Shown one piece after another: positions 62,731-64,000 of a stretch of DNA of 64,000 nucleotides (the stretch's first letter is position 1; each line of letters begins with the position of its first letter). A program made the translations under genes and the position numbers. The stretch is from assembly GCF_004010195.1 (NCBI RefSeq), contig NC_057760.1, forward strand, positions 1,506,963 to 1,570,962. The letters run 5' to 3'. The DNA comes from Chiloscyllium plagiosum (Eukaryota). The notes under the pieces are model-generated. The model searched no databases. It was not told where the DNA came from and saw nothing but the letters and a program-made list of their open reading frames with translations.

Positions 62731-62976
62731 GATGGTTCATTGGTTGTTGCTAACTTTTTGACAGATTGAGAAAGAAATGTGGTGTTGAGAGAGAGAGAGT
62801 TTTTCAGTCTTCGCTGTTACCCAATCCATGTTCTCTTGCCCAAAAGCTGTTTACATGAAATCTAATTTACTTGTGCATCTCCAGGTCTCTCCCAGCTGTG
62901 TTATCCCTAGACGTCTCTCACCCTAGTATATGGAACTTCCAGAAGGGTGTTGTTCGGATGTCAGGAACTGGAGCGC

Positions 62977-63029
62977 TGTGTCTGTGTCTGTGTCTGTGTC
63001 TGTGTCTGTGTCTGTGTCTGTGTCTGTGT
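62977..63029. repeat. (GTGTCT)n microsatellite
   Basis: Directly visible. Confidence 0.95.
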
Positions 63030-63216
63030 GGTGGGGGTGATTAGGTTTCAGTGCCTTTTGACAAATTGTTAATTTTAGCTCAGACTATGCCACTGGTTTC
63101 GTGAGCTTGGTTCAACCTGGTCAGGAGATCATGGTGCCCATCTTAAGTCCCTGCTTCTTCCTTTGTGAAGCCATTTTCGTTCATGATGACCTTGGAACAT
63201 TAAAATCAGACTAGAT

Positions 63217-63495
63217 TCATAGAGTCCCTTTGGAAACAGACCCTTCGGCCCAACCAGTCCATGCTGAACATAATTCCAAACCAAACTAGTCCCACACCTG
63301 CCTGGTCCCAGCCCATATCCCTCCACACCCTTCCCATTCATGTACTTACCTAAGTGTCTGTTAAATGTTGCAACTGTGCCTGCATTCCTCAGGATGTTCA
63401 TTTCACAAGTGAACCACCCTCTATGTAAAAGATTTGCCCCTCATGTCTTTTTAAAATCTCTCTCCTCTCACCTTAAAAATATGCCCCCTAGTCTC
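63217..63495 (-). mobile_element. CR1 LINE 3' end
   Basis: TFNRHLGKYMNGKGVEGYG on the minus strand. Confidence 0.85.
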
Positions 63496-64000
63496 GACAA
63501 TGGAAGTTGAATGCTGGTAGTCCACCCGTTGTGACAGCTCAATAAACCGCTCTACCTCTCCCTCTCCTTTTAAAATTGCCCTGAGTTTCTGGTTACCAAA
63601 CCCTAACATCTCCTTGCATGATCAAACCTTATCAATGTGCAACTGAAGCCCTTAAAGAGGCTCACGATGTCAAAGGTGCTCTATAAATGTAAGTTGCTGT
63701 TGTGTGGGGCGCTTGTTTTTTTTTCAGCTGGAGTGTGCTTGTGCCCACTTCTTGATATAAAATAAACGTTATTTTTAAAGCTTCATTCTTTTTGGATACG
63801 GGTGTCGCTGGCAAGGCCAGCATTTGTTGCCGATCCCCGATAGAGAAGGTGGTGATGAAAAGTGAAAAATGACATTCTGTGCCCGCTCTTGGCAACTTGT
63901 GATATAGGGTCTTCCCAGTCAAGTTGCAGATACTTTTTAGTATTAGATTTTATTGTCAAGTGCACACAAGTAGAGGAATACAGACTGGAGTGCAGTGAAA

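Overview
Vertebrate nuclear DNA, most likely a shark or other cartilaginous fish. This is inferred from many HE1-like SINEs with (TCTAA)n tails and their partner HER1/CR1-type LINEs. The window opens with a CpG island (~1150-3110) carrying a regular array of CCAAT and GC boxes and a probable non-coding first exon (donor CAG|GTAAGA at 2564/2565). The remaining ~61 kb looks like 5' intronic sequence of an unidentified + strand gene, with a few candidate UTR or alternative exons and no recognisable host CDS. It is dense with decayed CR1, L2 and RTE LINEs, three SINE families, two TA-targeting MITEs and minisatellites. The most striking structure is a set of more than 15 Penelope-like element (PLE) remnants from about three terminal-repeat families. 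They carry minimal hammerhead-ribozyme motifs (CUGANGA-helix II-GAAA-palindromic tetramer). Several are short, TSD-flanked fold-back inserts, including a perfect 89-bp hairpin and a nested two-family palindrome, and their breakpoints cluster at the ribozyme core. Boundaries were read by eye and are approximate for old repeats. There are five assembly gaps.
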